DNA of 64,000 bases from assembly GCF_000026545.1 (NCBI RefSeq), contig NC_011601.1, one strand, 5' to 3'. This stretch comes from Escherichia coli O127:H6 str. E2348/69 (lineage in GTDB: Bacteria > Pseudomonadota > Gammaproteobacteria > Enterobacterales > Enterobacteriaceae). Position 1 is the stretch's first letter. Every line of letters starts with the position of its first letter. This document shows positions 1-13,183 of the stretch, piece by piece. Made by a program: the position numbers and the translations under genes. The notes under the pieces were generated by a model that was not told the DNA's origin, did not search any database, and saw nothing but the letters and a program-made list of their open reading frames with translations.

Positions 1-777
1 AAAGGCGTTGTGACCGGAACGCTGAAAATTTACTACTGCCACGCGCATCAGATAACCTCGTCATTACAGGAAATGGCGGTGGGTCTGTCGCAAATCATCT
101 CCACGCAACTGGAGGTGTCACGCGCCGAGCAGCTGCGTGAAATGGCAAATAAGGCAGAGCTTCGCGCCCTGCAAAGCAAAATTAATCCCCATTTCCTGTT
201 TAACGCTTTGAACGCTATTTCATCGTCAATCCGCCTGAATCCGGATACTGCTCGCCAGCTGATCTTTAATCTGTCGCGTTATCTGCGCTATAACATTGAA
301 TTAAAAGATGATGAGCAAATCGATATCAAAAAAGAGCTGTATCAAATTAAAGACTATATTGCCATTGAGCAGGCCCGCTTTGGCGACAAGCTGACGGTTA
401 TCTATGATATTGATGAAGAGGTGAATTGCTGCATTCCCAGCCTGCTGATCCAGCCGTTGGTGGAAAACGCCATTGTCCACGGTATCCAGCCTTGCAAAGG
501 TAAAGGCGTTGTCACCATCAGCGTTGCAGAGTGCGGTAATCGGGTACGTATTGCGGTGCGAGATACCGGGCACGGCATCGATCCAAAGGTGATTGAGCGG
601 GTCGAAGCGAACGAAATGCCGGGCAATAAAATTGGCCTGCTGAATGTCCATCATCGCGTGAAGTTATTGTATGGCGAGGGGCTGCATATCCGCCGCCTGG
701 AACCAGGAACGGAAATTGCGTTTTACATTCCTAACCAACGCACCCCTGTCGCCTCACAGGCTACGTTATTGCTTTGA
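1..777 (+). CDS. ypdA: Sensor histidine kinase YpdA (pyruvate-responsive), C-terminal part; the 5' end lies outside the window
   Basis: Frame 1 is open from base 1. Track ORF 10..777 carries His-kinase motifs ([30 protein letters not shown]). A LytTR regulator gene follows with a 4-bp overlap, as in E. coli ypdABC. Confidence 0.9.
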
Positions 778-1526
778 GCCGGAGTGATATTGTGAAAGTC
801 ATCATTGTTGAAGACGAATTCCTGGCACAACAGGAACTGAGCTGGCTAATTAAAGAGCACAGCCAGATGGAGATTGTCGGCACCTTTGACGACGGTCTGG
901 ACGTGTTGAAGTTTTTGCAGCATAACCGCGTCGACGCCATTTTTCTGGATATCAATATTCCGTCGCTGGATGGTGTGTTACTGGCACAAAACATCAGCCA
1001 GTTCGCCCATAAACCGTTTATTGTGTTTATCACCGCGTGGAAAGAACATGCGGTAGAAGCGTTTGAACTGGAGGCGTTTGACTACATTCTCAAACCGTAT
1101 CAGGAGTCACGCATTACCGGGATGCTGCAAAAACTGGAAGCAGCCTGGCAGCAACAGCAGACCAGCAGTACGCCTGCCGCGACGGTAACGCGTGAGAATG
1201 ACACCATTAATCTGGTGAAAGATGAGCGAATCATCGTCACGCCAATTAACGATATCTATTACGCCGAAGCGCACGAGAAAATGACCTTTGTCTATACGCG
1301 GCGTGAATCCTACGTAATGCCGATGAACATTACCGAGTTTTGCAGCAAGCTGCCGCCATCGCATTTTTTCCGCTGCCATCGCTCATTTTGTGTCAATCTG
1401 AACAAAATCCGCGAGATCGAACCGTGGTTTAATAACACCTATATTCTGCGGCTGAAAGATCTGGATTTTGAAGTGCCGGTCAGCCGCAGCAAAGTTAAAG
1501 AATTCCGCCAGTTAATGCATCTTTAA
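774..1526 (+). CDS. ypdB: LytTR-family response regulator YpdB
   Basis: 250-aa ORF. It has an N-terminal receiver domain (IIVEDE...[10 protein letters not shown]) and a C-terminal LytTR-type DNA-binding region. Its position after ypdA fits. Confidence 0.9.
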
Positions 1527-1538
1527 TCGGGAACTTTC

Positions 1539-2396
1539 ATGAAAGCACCAGGCTTGCCCGCCGATCAACAATTTTTCGCCGATCTGTTCAGCGGCCTGGT
1601 GCTTAACCCGCAACTACTGGGGCGCGTCTGGTTTGCCAGACAGCCTGCCTCATTGCCAGTGGGCAGTTTATGTATTGATTTTCCCCGTCTGGATATCGTG
1701 CTACGCGGCGAATACGGCAATCTGCTGGAAGCAAAGCAGCAACGTATGGTGGAAGGAGAAATGCTGTTTATTCCGGCACGCGCGGCTAATTTACCGGTCA
1801 ACAACAAACCGGTGATGCTGTTAAGCCTGGTGTTCGCACCGACCTGGCTTGGCTTATCATTTTACGATAGCCGCACCACGTCGTTGTTGCATCCTGCTCG
1901 CCAGATCCAACTTCCCAGCCTGCAACGCGGCGAAGGTGAAGCAATGCTTACTGCCCTCACCCATCTTAGCCGTTCGCCGCTGGAGCAGAATATCATTCAG
2001 CCGCTGGTGTTAAGTTTGCTGCATCTTTGCCGTAACGTGGTGAATATGCCGCCGGGCAATTCGCAGCCGCGCGGCGATTTTCTCTATCACAGCATTTGTA
2101 ACTGGGTTCAGGATAATTATGCCCAGCCGCTCACCCGTGAGAGCGTGGCGCAGTTTTTTAATATCACGCCAAATCATCTGTCAAAACTGTTTGCTCAGCA
2201 TGGAACAATGCGTTTTATCGAGTATGTTCGCTGGGTACGAATGGCAAAAGCGAGGATGATTTTGCAAAAATATCATCTGTCGATTCATGAAGTGGCGCAG
2301 CGTTGCGGGTTTCCGGATAGCGACTATTTTTGTCGCGTTTTCCGGCGTCAGTTTGGTCTGACGCCGGGAGAGTACAGCGCCCGTTTTCAGGGCTAA
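1539..2396 (+). CDS. ypdC: AraC-family transcriptional regulator YpdC
   Basis: 285-aa ORF with a C-terminal AraC HTH (IHEVAQRCGFPDSDYFCRVFRRQFGLTPGEY). Synteny with ypdAB. Confidence 0.9.
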   Translation: MKAPGLPADQQFFADLFSGLVLNPQLLGRVWFARQPASLPVGSLCIDFPRLDIVLRGEYGNLLEAKQQRMVEGEMLFIPARAANLPVNNKPVMLLSLVFAPTWLGLSFYDSRTTSLLHPARQIQLPSLQRGEGEAMLTALTHLSRSPLEQNIIQPLVLSLLHLCRNVVNMPPGNSQPRGDFLYHSICNWVQDNYAQPLTRESVAQFFNITPNHLSKLFAQHGTMRFIEYVRWVRMAKARMILQKYHLSIHEVAQRCGFPDSDYFCRVFRRQFGLTPGEYSARFQG

Positions 2397-2398
2397 CG

Positions 2399-4894
2399 TC
2401 AGAAGGTTAATTCTGTTTCCAGCAGCGTCAGGATGCTTTGTGCATCTTGCGCGGCAAACAACGACTGGCGGAAGTTTTTATTCACCAGTTTACGCGCCAG
2501 CTGCGAGAAGACTTTCACATGATTCATCCCTTCGTTAGCGCCCAGTGTCAGCATGATCACCAGTTCGACTTCGCCCATTTCTGACTGCCAGTCAACCGGT
2601 TTCACCAGCCGGGCAATGCTGATACTGGAATGACGGATCCACTGAGATTTGGTGTGCGGGATCGCTACGCCAAAACCAACGCCTGTGGTAACAATCTCTT
2701 CCCGCTGCCAGACATCCTCTTCCAGCTCGAACGGATGTTCAGTGCGCCCGTTAACGCCGAGGTTACCGCACAGGAACTGGATCGCCTGCTCTTTATTACT
2801 AAAGGACTGATCAACAAAGATATTCTCTAGTGCCAGCAGTGGGCGAACGTCTTCTTCCGGCGTAAACGCGGTAAGTAACGCTTCAATTTCCTGCGCGCTG
2901 CGGCACTCGCACGCCTGACGCGCCAGTTCCCGACACGCCTCGCTATCCAGTTGACGAAGCTGGCTTTTCACTGCCGGAATACGCGGGCTACTCATGCTTA
3001 GCTCATCCAGGCCCAGCCCTAGCAGTAGCGGCAGATAACGACTTTCACCGCCCAGTTCACCACAAATACCTACCCATTTGCCGCGCTGATGCGCAGCGGT
3101 AACAATCTGCTGCAACATGCGCAGGAACGATGGCGTAATCGGGTTATACAGCGGCGATACGCGCGGGTTATTACGATCGACTGCATACAGATACTGGGTC
3201 ATATCGTTAGAACCGATACTGAAGAAATCGACCTCATCGCAGAAGTGGTCGATGATGTAGCACACCGACGGCACTTCCACCATGATACCCAGCGTAATCG
3301 TCTCTGCATGACGCAGGCCATCGCGCTTAAGCTCAACGATCGCTTTTTGGATCTCACCCTTCACCCATAAGATCTGATCGAGACTGTGGACCATTGGGAT
3401 CATCAACTGGGCGTTGCCGAAACTGGCAGCGCGCAAAATCGCCCGCAATTGAGTGCGGAACAGGCCAGCAAATTCCGGGTAAATACGTACCGCGCGATAG
3501 CCGAGGAACGGGTTCTCTTCCTGGGGAATGTTGAGGTAAGGAATGCTTTTATCGCCACCGATGTCCATCGTGCGGAAGATAATCGGCTTGTCGCCCGCCG
3601 CCAGTAGCACCTGCTGGTACGCTTCAAACTGTTCCTGCTCGTCCGGCGCGCTGTCGCGATCCATATAGAGCATTTCGGTACGAAACAGCCCAACGCCTTC
3701 CGCGCCGTTAGCAAACGCGCCTGGGGCTTCCAGAGCGGTGCCAATATTCGCCGCAATATCAATACGTTTGTTATCACGGGAATAGGCCAGCTGCGCGGCA
3801 GCTTGCGCCTGTTGTTTTTGGCGTTTATCCGCCAGCGTCTGCGCGACCTGATAATAACCGCTCACCGCGTCATTCGGGTTAATCGCCAGCACGCCGCACT
3901 GGGCGTCAAGCACTGCAGGTTGCCCGGCATAACGGGCAATCGCATCCAGCGGCAGTCCGCTCAGTACCGGGATCGCCGAAGCGCGGGCCAGGATCAGGGT
4001 ATGCGAGGTGCGCCCGGTTTTCTCCAGAATCATGCCCGCAAGATTTTTTAAATCGAGGCTCAAAAACTGGCTTGGGGTTAAATCTTCAGCCACCAGAATG
4101 GTCGGTTTTTCAAGCACCAGATTATTGCGCGGTTTTAGTTCCGGCCAGGTGATATGCAGCAACTGTTCGCTGATATCGCGAATGTCGCTGACCCGCTCGC
4201 GCAGATAATCGCTGGCAGAAGCAGAAAGTTTGGCACAAATCTGCTCCATATTGCTGATGATCGCCGCCCCCAGCCCCTGATGCTGTTCTGCCATCAGGTG
4301 ACGGATATTGCCTGCAAATTCATCATCCTGAATCAGCGACAAATGGGCGCTGAGGATAGTTTTGCTTTCGCCGTCACGCTCACGCAATTGCTGGTTCAGT
4401 TGCTCGGCAAGCGTTGCCAGACTGTGCTCCAGTAGGGTGGAATCTTGCGCACTGGCCGGTATTGCCCGATAACTGTCGAGGCTGTCGCTCTGTAACAGGG
4501 TCAGTGTACCCACGCCAACGCCGCTTGCCAGCACGTTGCCGTACAGTAAATCCGGGTTCAGGCGGCTTAATGAACGCGGCAGCGGATGCGCCGTCAGTTC
4601 TGCCAGCGTCGGCTGGATGCTATCGCTGTCGATAAAGCGCACCTGGATATACTCTTCCAGCACTCGCCGCGCCTGCTCTTCATCGCTACCGCTAATGTTC
4701 AGGCTGCAACTGTCATTAAATAAAGTGCCAGTGCCAATCAGCGCCAGCGAGCTTTTCGCATCGGCCTTTGCGTTCTGGCGATGGTTAATAAAAGTGATTT
4801 CGCTTTGCCACTGGCTGCACTGCTCTTTAAGTTCCCACGCCGGACGAGCATGTAGACCGTTAGGCAAAGGACAGAGAAATTGAATCGTTAACAT
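2399..4894 (-). CDS. fryA: Multidomain PTS protein FryA (HPr-like, enzyme I-like and fructose-type IIA-like domains)
   Basis: 831-aa ORF. N-terminal HPr-like GLHARPA, central EI motifs (GGRTSHTLILARA, IGSNDMTQY) and a C-terminal IIA-like region. The length matches K-12 FryA. Confidence 0.9.
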   Translation of the reverse strand: MLTIQFLCPLPNGLHARPAWELKEQCSQWQSEITFINHRQNAKADAKSSLALIGTGTLFNDSCSLNISGSDEEQARRVLEEYIQVRFIDSDSIQPTLAELTAHPLPRSLSRLNPDLLYGNVLASGVGVGTLTLLQSDSLDSYRAIPASAQDSTLLEHSLATLAEQLNQQLRERDGESKTILSAHLSLIQDDEFAGNIRHLMAEQHQGLGAAIISNMEQICAKLSASASDYLRERVSDIRDISEQLLHITWPELKPRNNLVLEKPTILVAEDLTPSQFLSLDLKNLAGMILEKTGRTSHTLILARASAIPVLSGLPLDAIARYAGQPAVLDAQCGVLAINPNDAVSGYYQVAQTLADKRQKQQAQAAAQLAYSRDNKRIDIAANIGTALEAPGAFANGAEGVGLFRTEMLYMDRDSAPDEQEQFEAYQQVLLAAGDKPIIFRTMDIGGDKSIPYLNIPQEENPFLGYRAVRIYPEFAGLFRTQLRAILRAASFGNAQLMIPMVHSLDQILWVKGEIQKAIVELKRDGLRHAETITLGIMVEVPSVCYIIDHFCDEVDFFSIGSNDMTQYLYAVDRNNPRVSPLYNPITPSFLRMLQQIVTAAHQRGKWVGICGELGGESRYLPLLLGLGLDELSMSSPRIPAVKSQLRQLDSEACRELARQACECRSAQEIEALLTAFTPEEDVRPLLALENIFVDQSFSNKEQAIQFLCGNLGVNGRTEHPFELEEDVWQREEIVTTGVGFGVAIPHTKSQWIRHSSISIARLVKPVDWQSEMGEVELVIMLTLGANEGMNHVKVFSQLARKLVNKNFRQSLFAAQDAQSILTLLETELTF

Positions 4895-4918
4895 AACCGC
4901 TCCGGGTTAATCAGGAGA

Positions 4919-5956
4919 TCATCTGAAATCCGTCAGTTGAACAACCGTCTCACGCGTAAGACGTTGAATAAGGGCAGATAAAAGTTGCTGCATCTGCAAA
5001 ATGTCACGGCAATCGGCAATCGATGCGGCGCAATGTCCGTGGCGGGTGGCAGGCCCCATCACCACTGTGGGTACGCCAGTGCCGGTTAAGTGCACCGCCC
5101 CACCGTCCGTGCCACCGTTGCTGAACATATCCGCCTGCAACGGCACGCCAATTTCTGCCGCCACGGTTTCGATCCAGGCGGTAAGTTTTGGCGGCGCAAT
5201 CAGCGATTTATCGCTTAACACCAGCATCGGCCCGTTACCAATCTGACGATGGTTAGCCGCGCCATAATCAAAGTTTTTCGCCCAGCAGGCGGTATCAAGC
5301 ACAATGGCGACGTCCGGCGACACCGCGCGGGTGGCAGTTTGCCCACCGCGTAATCCCACCTCTTCGCTGGAACTTGCCACCAGCCACACCTCCGCAGGCA
5401 GTTCGGCGTCGTGCAGCTCACGTAGTAACGTCACCAGCAGATAGCAACCGAGGCGATCATCAAAGGCTTTCCCCATCACCCGCTGGTGAGGGAGAACCTG
5501 AAAAGTTGTATCAAAGGTGACGCGATCGCCTGGACGAATTCCCGCCTGCATCACTTCGTCATACGAGCGCGCACCAATGTCCACGCGCATGGTGCTGACG
5601 TCATTCCCCTGCCGGTCGCCGTCAAGCAGGCCGGGAATTTTGCACTCTTCACGGGTAGTGATACGCACCGACTGAAGCTGGCGGGCAGCCATGCGTACAT
5701 TGCCAACCGGCAACACATCGATCGCCCCTTCGCGGGAGATGCTGCGCACCATAAATCCCACTTCGTCCATATGCGCACAGATCATCACCTTCGGACCTGT
5801 CGACTCATTGAGTCGGATCAGCACCGATCCCAGCCCATCAAATCGCACTTCTTTTTGCAGGCGATCCGCTTCTTCCAGCAGGATCTGCCGTACTTCCTGT
5901 TCCGAGGAGGCGATCGCATCTGCCTCGCTCAACGCTTTTAATAACGATAAATCCAT
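4919..5956 (-). CDS. ypdE: M42-family aminopeptidase YpdE
   Basis: 345-aa ORF, syntenic with the fry cluster. Has M42 peptidase-like metal-ligand regions ([17 protein letters not shown]). Confidence 0.9.
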   Translation of the reverse strand: MDLSLLKALSEADAIASSEQEVRQILLEEADRLQKEVRFDGLGSVLIRLNESTGPKVMICAHMDEVGFMVRSISREGAIDVLPVGNVRMAARQLQSVRITTREECKIPGLLDGDRQGNDVSTMRVDIGARSYDEVMQAGIRPGDRVTFDTTFQVLPHQRVMGKAFDDRLGCYLLVTLLRELHDAELPAEVWLVASSSEEVGLRGGQTATRAVSPDVAIVLDTACWAKNFDYGAANHRQIGNGPMLVLSDKSLIAPPKLTAWIETVAAEIGVPLQADMFSNGGTDGGAVHLTGTGVPTVVMGPATRHGHCAASIADCRDILQMQQLLSALIQRLTRETVVQLTDFR

Positions 5957-7041
5957 TATGCCTCTCCCGTGAGCAACACTGTTTTCGGCATGGCGTAGAG
6001 CACTTCTGCGCCTTGCGGGGTGACCAGCACAACATCTTCGATGCGCACGCCCCCTTGCCCTGGCAAATAAATCCCCGGCTCCACGGTCAGTAACATGCCT
6101 GGCTGTAGCGTCGTGGTGTCCCGCGGTGAAAAACGCGGATCTTCATGAACTTCAATGCCGATAGCATGACCGGTGTTATGACCGAAATAGTCGCCATAAC
6201 CTGCTGCTGTAATCACCCGGCGCGCGGCATCGTCAACCTGCTGGCAGCGCACGCCGGGGCGAATTACAGAGATTGCCGCGAGCTGTGCCTGCAGGACAAT
6301 CTGATAGACGTTAAACAGCGGGTGAGATTCGGCGCTCACCCCTTCGCCATTCACCAGCAAGGTGCGCGTCATATCAGAGCAGTAGCCCTGATAGAGCGCA
6401 CCGAAATCGAGAGTGACAAACTCGCCCGCTGTAACAATCTTGTCGCTGGCTTTGCCGTGCGGCAGCGCCCCACGCCAGCCGCTGGCGACAATGGTATCGA
6501 AAGAGGCTTTTTCTGCGCCCTGCTGGCGCATAAACCACTCCAGTTCAGCGGCTATCTCGCGCTCGCTCATCCCCGCCTGAATAAAGCGGCGAATATGCTC
6601 AGCACCGCGATCGGCAATCCCACAGGCGAGGCGGATTTTCTCCACCTCCTCTGGCGTTTTGATTTGCCGCAACACATCCGGCGTGGCGCTAACCAGTTTC
6701 GCATTGAGTTCGGACTGCCAGCGGTGCGCGGTTTCCCAACTCACCTGCTGGCCTTCAAAACCGAGCGTTTGCAACTGCTCATCGGCAATGATTTGTCTGA
6801 CGATGGTGGCAAGCGTGTGCATCGCGTCGAGCAAATGCAGCTGGTAACCTTGCGTGCGGGCTTCTACATCCGCGTAATAGCGCGAATCCACCAGAATGTG
6901 CGCACTTTCACGGCTAATCACCACATAACCTGATCCGGTGGAGATCCCCAGATGCGGCTGTTTGTTCTGCCGTGAGGAGAGAAGCACCGCATCCAGTTGT
7001 TGTGCCTTAAGCCAGTCACGCAGCGAAGCGAGTAATGTCAT
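5956..7041 (-). CDS. ypdF: Xaa-Pro aminopeptidase YpdF (M24 family)
   Basis: 361-aa ORF with M24 motifs ([24 protein letters not shown]). Start and stop overlap with ypdE. Confidence 0.9.
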   Translation of the reverse strand: MTLLASLRDWLKAQQLDAVLLSSRQNKQPHLGISTGSGYVVISRESAHILVDSRYYADVEARTQGYQLHLLDAMHTLATIVRQIIADEQLQTLGFEGQQVSWETAHRWQSELNAKLVSATPDVLRQIKTPEEVEKIRLACGIADRGAEHIRRFIQAGMSEREIAAELEWFMRQQGAEKASFDTIVASGWRGALPHGKASDKIVTAGEFVTLDFGALYQGYCSDMTRTLLVNGEGVSAESHPLFNVYQIVLQAQLAAISVIRPGVRCQQVDDAARRVITAAGYGDYFGHNTGHAIGIEVHEDPRFSPRDTTTLQPGMLLTVEPGIYLPGQGGVRIEDVVLVTPQGAEVLYAMPKTVLLTGEA

Positions 7042-7055
7042 CAGGATTGTCCTTC

Positions 7056-8303
7056 TTACAGGCTATCGATTAACAATTTACCTTTGCGGAACATCATCAG
7101 ACGCAAGAACACCACCATCAGCGCAGTAATGATTGCTCCCAGCGCAATCCCCGCCATATAGACACCCAGATTAGTGACCAGCGGCCACGCCCAGATAGCG
7201 GATTCCGGGAACCATTGCACTGCGCCCAGCCAGACTGCGGCGGTTGAGCCGACAATCGCGCCAACCATATAGGACGGAATGGCGGTGATAGGGCTTTCCA
7301 GTGCAAACGGAATCGCACCCTCACTGATCCCCATAAAGGCAAGGAACATCGCGGTCTTACCCTGCGGATAAAGTTGAGCGTTGAACAGACGTTTGCCGGT
7401 TAAACGACGGTCAATAATGGTTGCCAGACCCAGACCAATCGGCGGAATAACGATAGCGATAGAACGTGCGGTGACCGGTAATACGTGGTCAGTGGTAAAG
7501 CTGAAGGCAACGAAACCTGCCGCTTTGTTGATCGGGCCACCAAGGTCGATTGCTGTCGCCGCGGCGATCCCCATTGCGTACATCAGCGCGCCCTTCTCAC
7601 CTGCTGCGGTTAGCACGGTACGGATACCGCCGTTGATCCAGCCACCAAAGGGGGTGATGACGTAGTACATCGCCAGCATGACAAAAATGGCGGAAAGAAT
7701 CGGTAGCAAAAATGTGGTTTTGAACGCTAACAGGAAATCCGGTAACTGGATTTTCTGGTTCATCCACTTCACGAGGTAACCCGCAACGATAGATATAATC
7801 AGCGCACCAATGAAGGTGGACGGCACCGGCGAAGAGGTCGCCCATTGCATAATGCTGGGATCGAAGTTCAGCAGTTGCGTCGGCTGGGTAGACATCAAGC
7901 CGCCGATAAAACCAGCCGGGAACGCCAGTTTGCCACCGATAGAGTTCGCCACAAAAGCAGCAAACATCGGAATGGCAAAACCAAACAACACGCCACCGAA
8001 GGACTGCGACAGCCAGGCAAATTTAAGTAAGGAGAGGTCGAAACCGGAGAATTTCCCGCTATTAAGAGCATCCATGATGCCGATATCAGCAGGAATTTTA
8101 AGCCAGCTATAAGCAATCAGCTGACTGAAAGCGAGGATCACACCGCCCATAATTAAGGTCGGCACCATGCGTGAAATCCCTGACATCACATGCTGCGGGA
8201 GTTCACCCCAGAAGCTGGATTTAGAGGCCTGCGGATTCTTAACTGCCGCTGCCGCACCGGATGCGCCATGCACAACGGTTGCACTGCGTTTTTTAATGGC
8301 CAT
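7056..8303 (-). CDS. fryC: PTS fructose-like enzyme IIC component FryC
   Basis: 415-aa polytopic membrane ORF in the fry cluster. Confidence 0.9.
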   Translation of the reverse strand: MAIKKRSATVVHGASGAAAAVKNPQASKSSFWGELPQHVMSGISRMVPTLIMGGVILAFSQLIAYSWLKIPADIGIMDALNSGKFSGFDLSLLKFAWLSQSFGGVLFGFAIPMFAAFVANSIGGKLAFPAGFIGGLMSTQPTQLLNFDPSIMQWATSSPVPSTFIGALIISIVAGYLVKWMNQKIQLPDFLLAFKTTFLLPILSAIFVMLAMYYVITPFGGWINGGIRTVLTAAGEKGALMYAMGIAAATAIDLGGPINKAAGFVAFSFTTDHVLPVTARSIAIVIPPIGLGLATIIDRRLTGKRLFNAQLYPQGKTAMFLAFMGISEGAIPFALESPITAIPSYMVGAIVGSTAAVWLGAVQWFPESAIWAWPLVTNLGVYMAGIALGAIITALMVVFLRLMMFRKGKLLIDSL

Positions 8304-8324
8304 AACAATTATCCCTGTCGAATA

Positions 8325-8651
8325 TTACTGTTGTTCAGAGGCAATCATCTCTTCGATTTCTTTGATGATTCCTGCAGCGTTTTTAATTGCGTCCTGCAAA
8401 GTGATTTCATAAACGTCGCGTGATTCGAAACGCTCGTTATCTTCCGGGGTAACTGCCACGGAGTGGATGATGATGGCCGCTTCGGCGATATCCTACGCCG
8501 TCAGGCGATTCTGGATACCGTCCGCGCCCTGGGTTTCAATTTTCACTTCATAACCGGCTTCTACCGCCGCTTCTTCCAGCGCCTGAGCGGCCATAAAAGT
8601 GTGAGCCAGGCCCATTGGGCAGGCACATAAGGCAATCAGTTTCTTACTCAT
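8325..8651 (-). pseudogene. fryB: PTS fructose-like IIB component FryB, interrupted by an in-frame TAG at codon 53
   Basis: [19 protein letters not shown]... reads 52 codons and then TAG (plus-strand cta at 8493..8495). The same frame continues open for 55 more codons (DIAEAAIIIHSVAV...EEMIASEQQ) to TAA at 8325..8327. Together this gives the full 108-codon IIB length. Confidence 0.8.
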
Positions 8652-8822
8652 CGTTAATTCCTCGTTCAGTGATAGTTGACGAGTGAAATTATGAACGTGC
8701 AAAACAAATCGCCGTTACCAGACAAATAATGCATTTACTGGAGAATTAATCCCGCTGTACGGAAGTGTGACGCAGGTCGGCCTTGTGAGGGGACACAAAG
8801 AAAAATTTAATTAACTGTATGA

Positions 8823-8856
8823 TTTAAAAGATTATCGGGAGAGTTACCTCCCGATA
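8823..8856 (-). terminator. Probable rho-independent terminator downstream of glk
   Basis: Inverted repeat atcgggag/ctcccgat, followed on the minus strand by a T-rich run. Confidence 0.5.
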
Positions 8857-8869
8857 TAACAGGAAGGAT

Positions 8870-9835
8870 TTAGAGAATGTGACCTAAGGTCTGGCGTAAA
8901 TGTGCACCGGAACCGAGAAGACCCGGATTGTCATGGACGATGAGATATACCGGAATATCATGGACATATTCCTTAAAGCGCCCTTTATCTTCAAATGCGG
9001 CGCGGAAACCAGAGGCTTTGAAGAACTCAAGGAAGCGCGGCACGATACCGCCCGCAATAAACACGCCGCCAAATGTCCCGAGATTGAGCGCCAGATTGCC
9101 GCCAAAACGGCCCATAATGACGCAAAACAGCGACAACGCGCGGCGGCAATCGGTGCAGCTGTCAGCCAGCGCGCGTTCGGTAATATCTTTTGGCTTGAGA
9201 TTTTCTGGCAGGCGGTTGTCGGCTTTAACAATTGCGCGATACAAATTCACCAGCCCAGGGCCAGAAAGCACGCGTTCCGCCGAAACATGACCAATTTCCG
9301 CACGCAATATTTCGAGGATAATGCCCTCTTCTTCACTATTCGGCGCAAAATCAACGTGACCGCCTTCTCCTGGCAAGCTTACCCAACGCTTATCGACATG
9401 GACCAGATGCGCAACCCCAAGCCCTGTTCCGGCACCGTAAACCGCAATAGGCTTACCTTCTACCGGTTCTGCGCCACCAAACTGAATCAGATGCTCTTTT
9501 TTCAGCATCGGGATCGCCATCGATACAGCAGTAAAATCGTTAATAATTTCCAGATGGCTAAAACCGAGATTCTTTTTCATTTCGGCAATTGAGAACGCCC
9601 AGGTATGGTTGGTCATTGCCACCCAGTCACCGGTAATTGGGCAAGCGATGGCAATACAGCCGTCTTTCACCTCGACCTTATGTTCTTCAAGATAAACGCG
9701 AATGACCGCTTCGAGGCTGGGATAATCAAGCCCTGAATAGGTCTTAGCCTGCGAGATTTCACCACTGGCAATATCACACAGAGCAAGACGTGCGTTGGTG
9801 CCGCCCACATCACCGACTAATGCATACTTTGTCAT
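8870..9835 (-). CDS. glk: Glucokinase
   Basis: 321-aa ORF beginning [20 protein letters not shown] (ROK/glucokinase ATP-binding motif). K-12 length and synteny. Confidence 0.95.
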   Translation of the reverse strand: MTKYALVGDVGGTNARLALCDIASGEISQAKTYSGLDYPSLEAVIRVYLEEHKVEVKDGCIAIACPITGDWVAMTNHTWAFSIAEMKKNLGFSHLEIINDFTAVSMAIPMLKKEHLIQFGGAEPVEGKPIAVYGAGTGLGVAHLVHVDKRWVSLPGEGGHVDFAPNSEEEGIILEILRAEIGHVSAERVLSGPGLVNLYRAIVKADNRLPENLKPKDITERALADSCTDCRRALSLFCVIMGRFGGNLALNLGTFGGVFIAGGIVPRFLEFFKASGFRAAFEDKGRFKEYVHDIPVYLIVHDNPGLLGSGAHLRQTLGHIL

Positions 9836-10038
9836 TCTTCAACTGCTCCGCTAAAGTCAAAATAATTCTTTCTCACACTGTAAATACCTGGGGGCATAAC
9901 AACAACGCCGGAAAGGCAGGCTCCCTGTAAATATCGATCTGGGTCACACAATTACTTTATCGTTTCAGCACCAATTGCAGCGATGCCTTTTTGCAAGCTG
10001 GGCAAACTAAGTATCTGACCCCGCATAAGGAATAGAAC

Positions 10039-11295
10039 ATGCTCCATCCGCGAGCCAGAACCATGTTGTTATTATCGCTCCCCGCCGTGGCAATTGGGAT
10101 TACGTCCAGTCTTATTCTGATTATGGTGATGAAAATCGCCTCGGTATTACAGAATTTGCTCTGGCAACGACTGCCGGGAACTCTGGGGATAGCCCAGGAT
10201 TCACCTCTCTGGATCATCGGTGTATTAACGCTAACGGGTATTGCGGTGGGGTTGGTTATCCGTTTCAGCCAGGGTCATGCCGGACCAGATCCCGCCTGTG
10301 AACCGCTTATCGGCGCACCGATTCCGCCCTCTGCGCTACCAGGACTTATCGTAGCATTAATTCTCGGTCTTGCTGGCGGCGTCAGCCTGGGGCCGGAACA
10401 TCCGATCATAACCGTCAATATCGCCCTTGCCGTCGCCATTGGCGCTCGTCTGTTACCGCGCGTCAACCGAATGGAGTGGACTATTTTAGCCTCTGCCGGA
10501 ACCATCGGCGCGCTGTTTGGCACAACTGTTGCGGCGGCATTGATATTTTCGCAAACCTTAAATGGCAGTAATGAAGTTCCGCTATGGGATCGTCTCTTTG
10601 CGCCGTTAATGGCGGCAGCAGCTGGTGCACTTACTACCGGATTATTTTTCCATCCTCATTTTTCACTGCCCATTGCGCATTACGGACAGATGGAAATGAC
10701 CGATATTCTCAGCGGTGCAATTGTCGCGGCGATTGCCATCGCAGCAGGGATGGTCGCCGTATGGTGCTTACCACGGTTGCACGCGATGATGCATCAAATG
10801 AAAAATCCGGTGTTCGTGCTGGGTATTGGCGGATTTATTCTCGGTATTCTGGGGGTTATTGGTGGACCGGTTTCGCTGTTTAAAGGGCTGGATGAGATGC
10901 AGCAGATGGTGGCAAATCAGGCTTTCAGCACCAGCGATTACTTTTTGCTGGCGGTGATAAAACTTGCCGCCCTGGTCGTTGCTGCCGCCAGTGGCTTTCG
11001 CGGTGGGCGAATCTTCCCGGCAGTGTTTGTCGGCGTGGCATTAGGGTTGATGCTTCATGAGCACGTTCCCGCCGTTCCAGCGGCAATAACCGTTTCCTGC
11101 GCTATACTCGGCATCGTGCTGGTGGTAACACGCGATGGCTGGTTAAGTCTTTTTATGGCGGCAGTCGTTGTACCCAATACCACATTGCTACCGCTGCTCT
11201 GTATCGTCATGCTTCCGGCATGGCTGTTATTAGCAGGTAAGCCGATGATGATGGTCAATCGTCCGAAGCAACAGCCACCCCACGATAACGTTTAG
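10039..11295 (+). CDS. yfeO: ClC-type ion channel family membrane protein YfeO
   Basis: 418-aa polytopic membrane ORF. Synteny between glk and ypeC. Confidence 0.85.
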   Translation: MLHPRARTMLLLSLPAVAIGITSSLILIMVMKIASVLQNLLWQRLPGTLGIAQDSPLWIIGVLTLTGIAVGLVIRFSQGHAGPDPACEPLIGAPIPPSALPGLIVALILGLAGGVSLGPEHPIITVNIALAVAIGARLLPRVNRMEWTILASAGTIGALFGTTVAAALIFSQTLNGSNEVPLWDRLFAPLMAAAAGALTTGLFFHPHFSLPIAHYGQMEMTDILSGAIVAAIAIAAGMVAVWCLPRLHAMMHQMKNPVFVLGIGGFILGILGVIGGPVSLFKGLDEMQQMVANQAFSTSDYFLLAVIKLAALVVAAASGFRGGRIFPAVFVGVALGLMLHEHVPAVPAAITVSCAILGIVLVVTRDGWLSLFMAAVVVPNTTLLPLLCIVMLPAWLLLAGKPMMMVNRPKQQPPHDNV

Positions 11296-11409
11296 CAAAA
11301 AATGCTCTCCTTTATGATTTAAGAGTTATGGCGATGATACGGGGCTTTACCTCCCCGTAATATTGCGTTAACAGGCCGCTGACGGCTTCGATCGTGAAGG
11401 AGAATAACA

Positions 11410-11736
11410 ATGTTCAGGTCACTGTTTCTGGCGGCCGCCCTGATGGCATTTACCCCGCTTGCGGCAAACGCAGGCGAAATCACCCTACTGCCATCAATCA
11501 AATTACAAATTGGCGATCGCGATCATTACGGTAATTACTGGGACGGTGGTCACTGGCGCGACCGTGACTACTGGCATCGCAATTATGAATGGCGTAAGAA
11601 CCGCTGGTGGCGTCATGATAATGGCTACCACCGTGGCTGGGATAAGCGTAAAGCGTATGAGCGTGGCTATCGTGAAGGCTGGCGCGATCGTGACGATCAT
11701 CGTGGAAAAGGCCGCGGACATGGACACCGCCATTAA
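11410..11736 (+). CDS. ypeC: Secreted W/R/D/H-rich protein YpeC (DUF2502)
   Basis: 108-aa ORF with a signal peptide ([21 protein letters not shown]) and a repetitive RDRD/WR/GH-rich tail. Confidence 0.85.
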
Positions 11737-11760
11737 ACGCATCCGTCAATGGAGCACAAT

Positions 11761-11848
11761 GCCTGATGCGACGCTAGCGCGTCTTATCAGGCCTACAAAC
11801 CAGCTCTTTAACGCGTAGGGCGGATAAAGCATTTACGCCGCATCCGCC
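11761..11848. repeat. REP/BIME element (two REP-type palindromic units)
   Basis: gcctgatgcgacgctagcgcgtcttatcaggcctac, plus a second palindromic unit gtagggcggataaagcatttacgccgcatccgcc. The REP consensus is recognisable. Confidence 0.65.
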
Positions 11849-11876
11849 AATGGTGCCAAATGCGACGCTCATTCAA

Positions 11877-13124
<1,248 letters not shown>

Positions 13125-13127
13125 CTA

Positions 13128-13149
13128 AAACATAGCCGTTGCTATGTTT
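13128..13149. promoter_or_regulatory. Probable MntR operator upstream of mntH
   Basis: Perfect 9-bp inverted repeat aaacatagc-N4-gctatgttt, 13 bp upstream of the mntH start codon. It matches the known MntR box architecture. Confidence 0.6.
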
Positions 13150-13164
13150 CATGCTACATCAAAT

Positions 13165-13183
13165 GAGAATGATTATCAAATTC
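13165..13183. promoter_or_regulatory. Probable Fur box in the mntH promoter region
   Basis: gagaatgattatcaaattc matches the 19-bp Fur consensus GATAATGATAATCATTATC at 14 of 19 positions by eye. mntH is known to be Fur-regulated. Confidence 0.5.

Noticed and set aside
11459-11818. Several overlapping ORFs in other frames and strands across ypeC (11459..11818, 11498..11749, 11503..11742)
   Set aside because: They are a by-product of the repetitive CGN/GAY/TGG codon content of ypeC. Only the frame with a signal peptide and the K-12 length (11410..11736) is credible.
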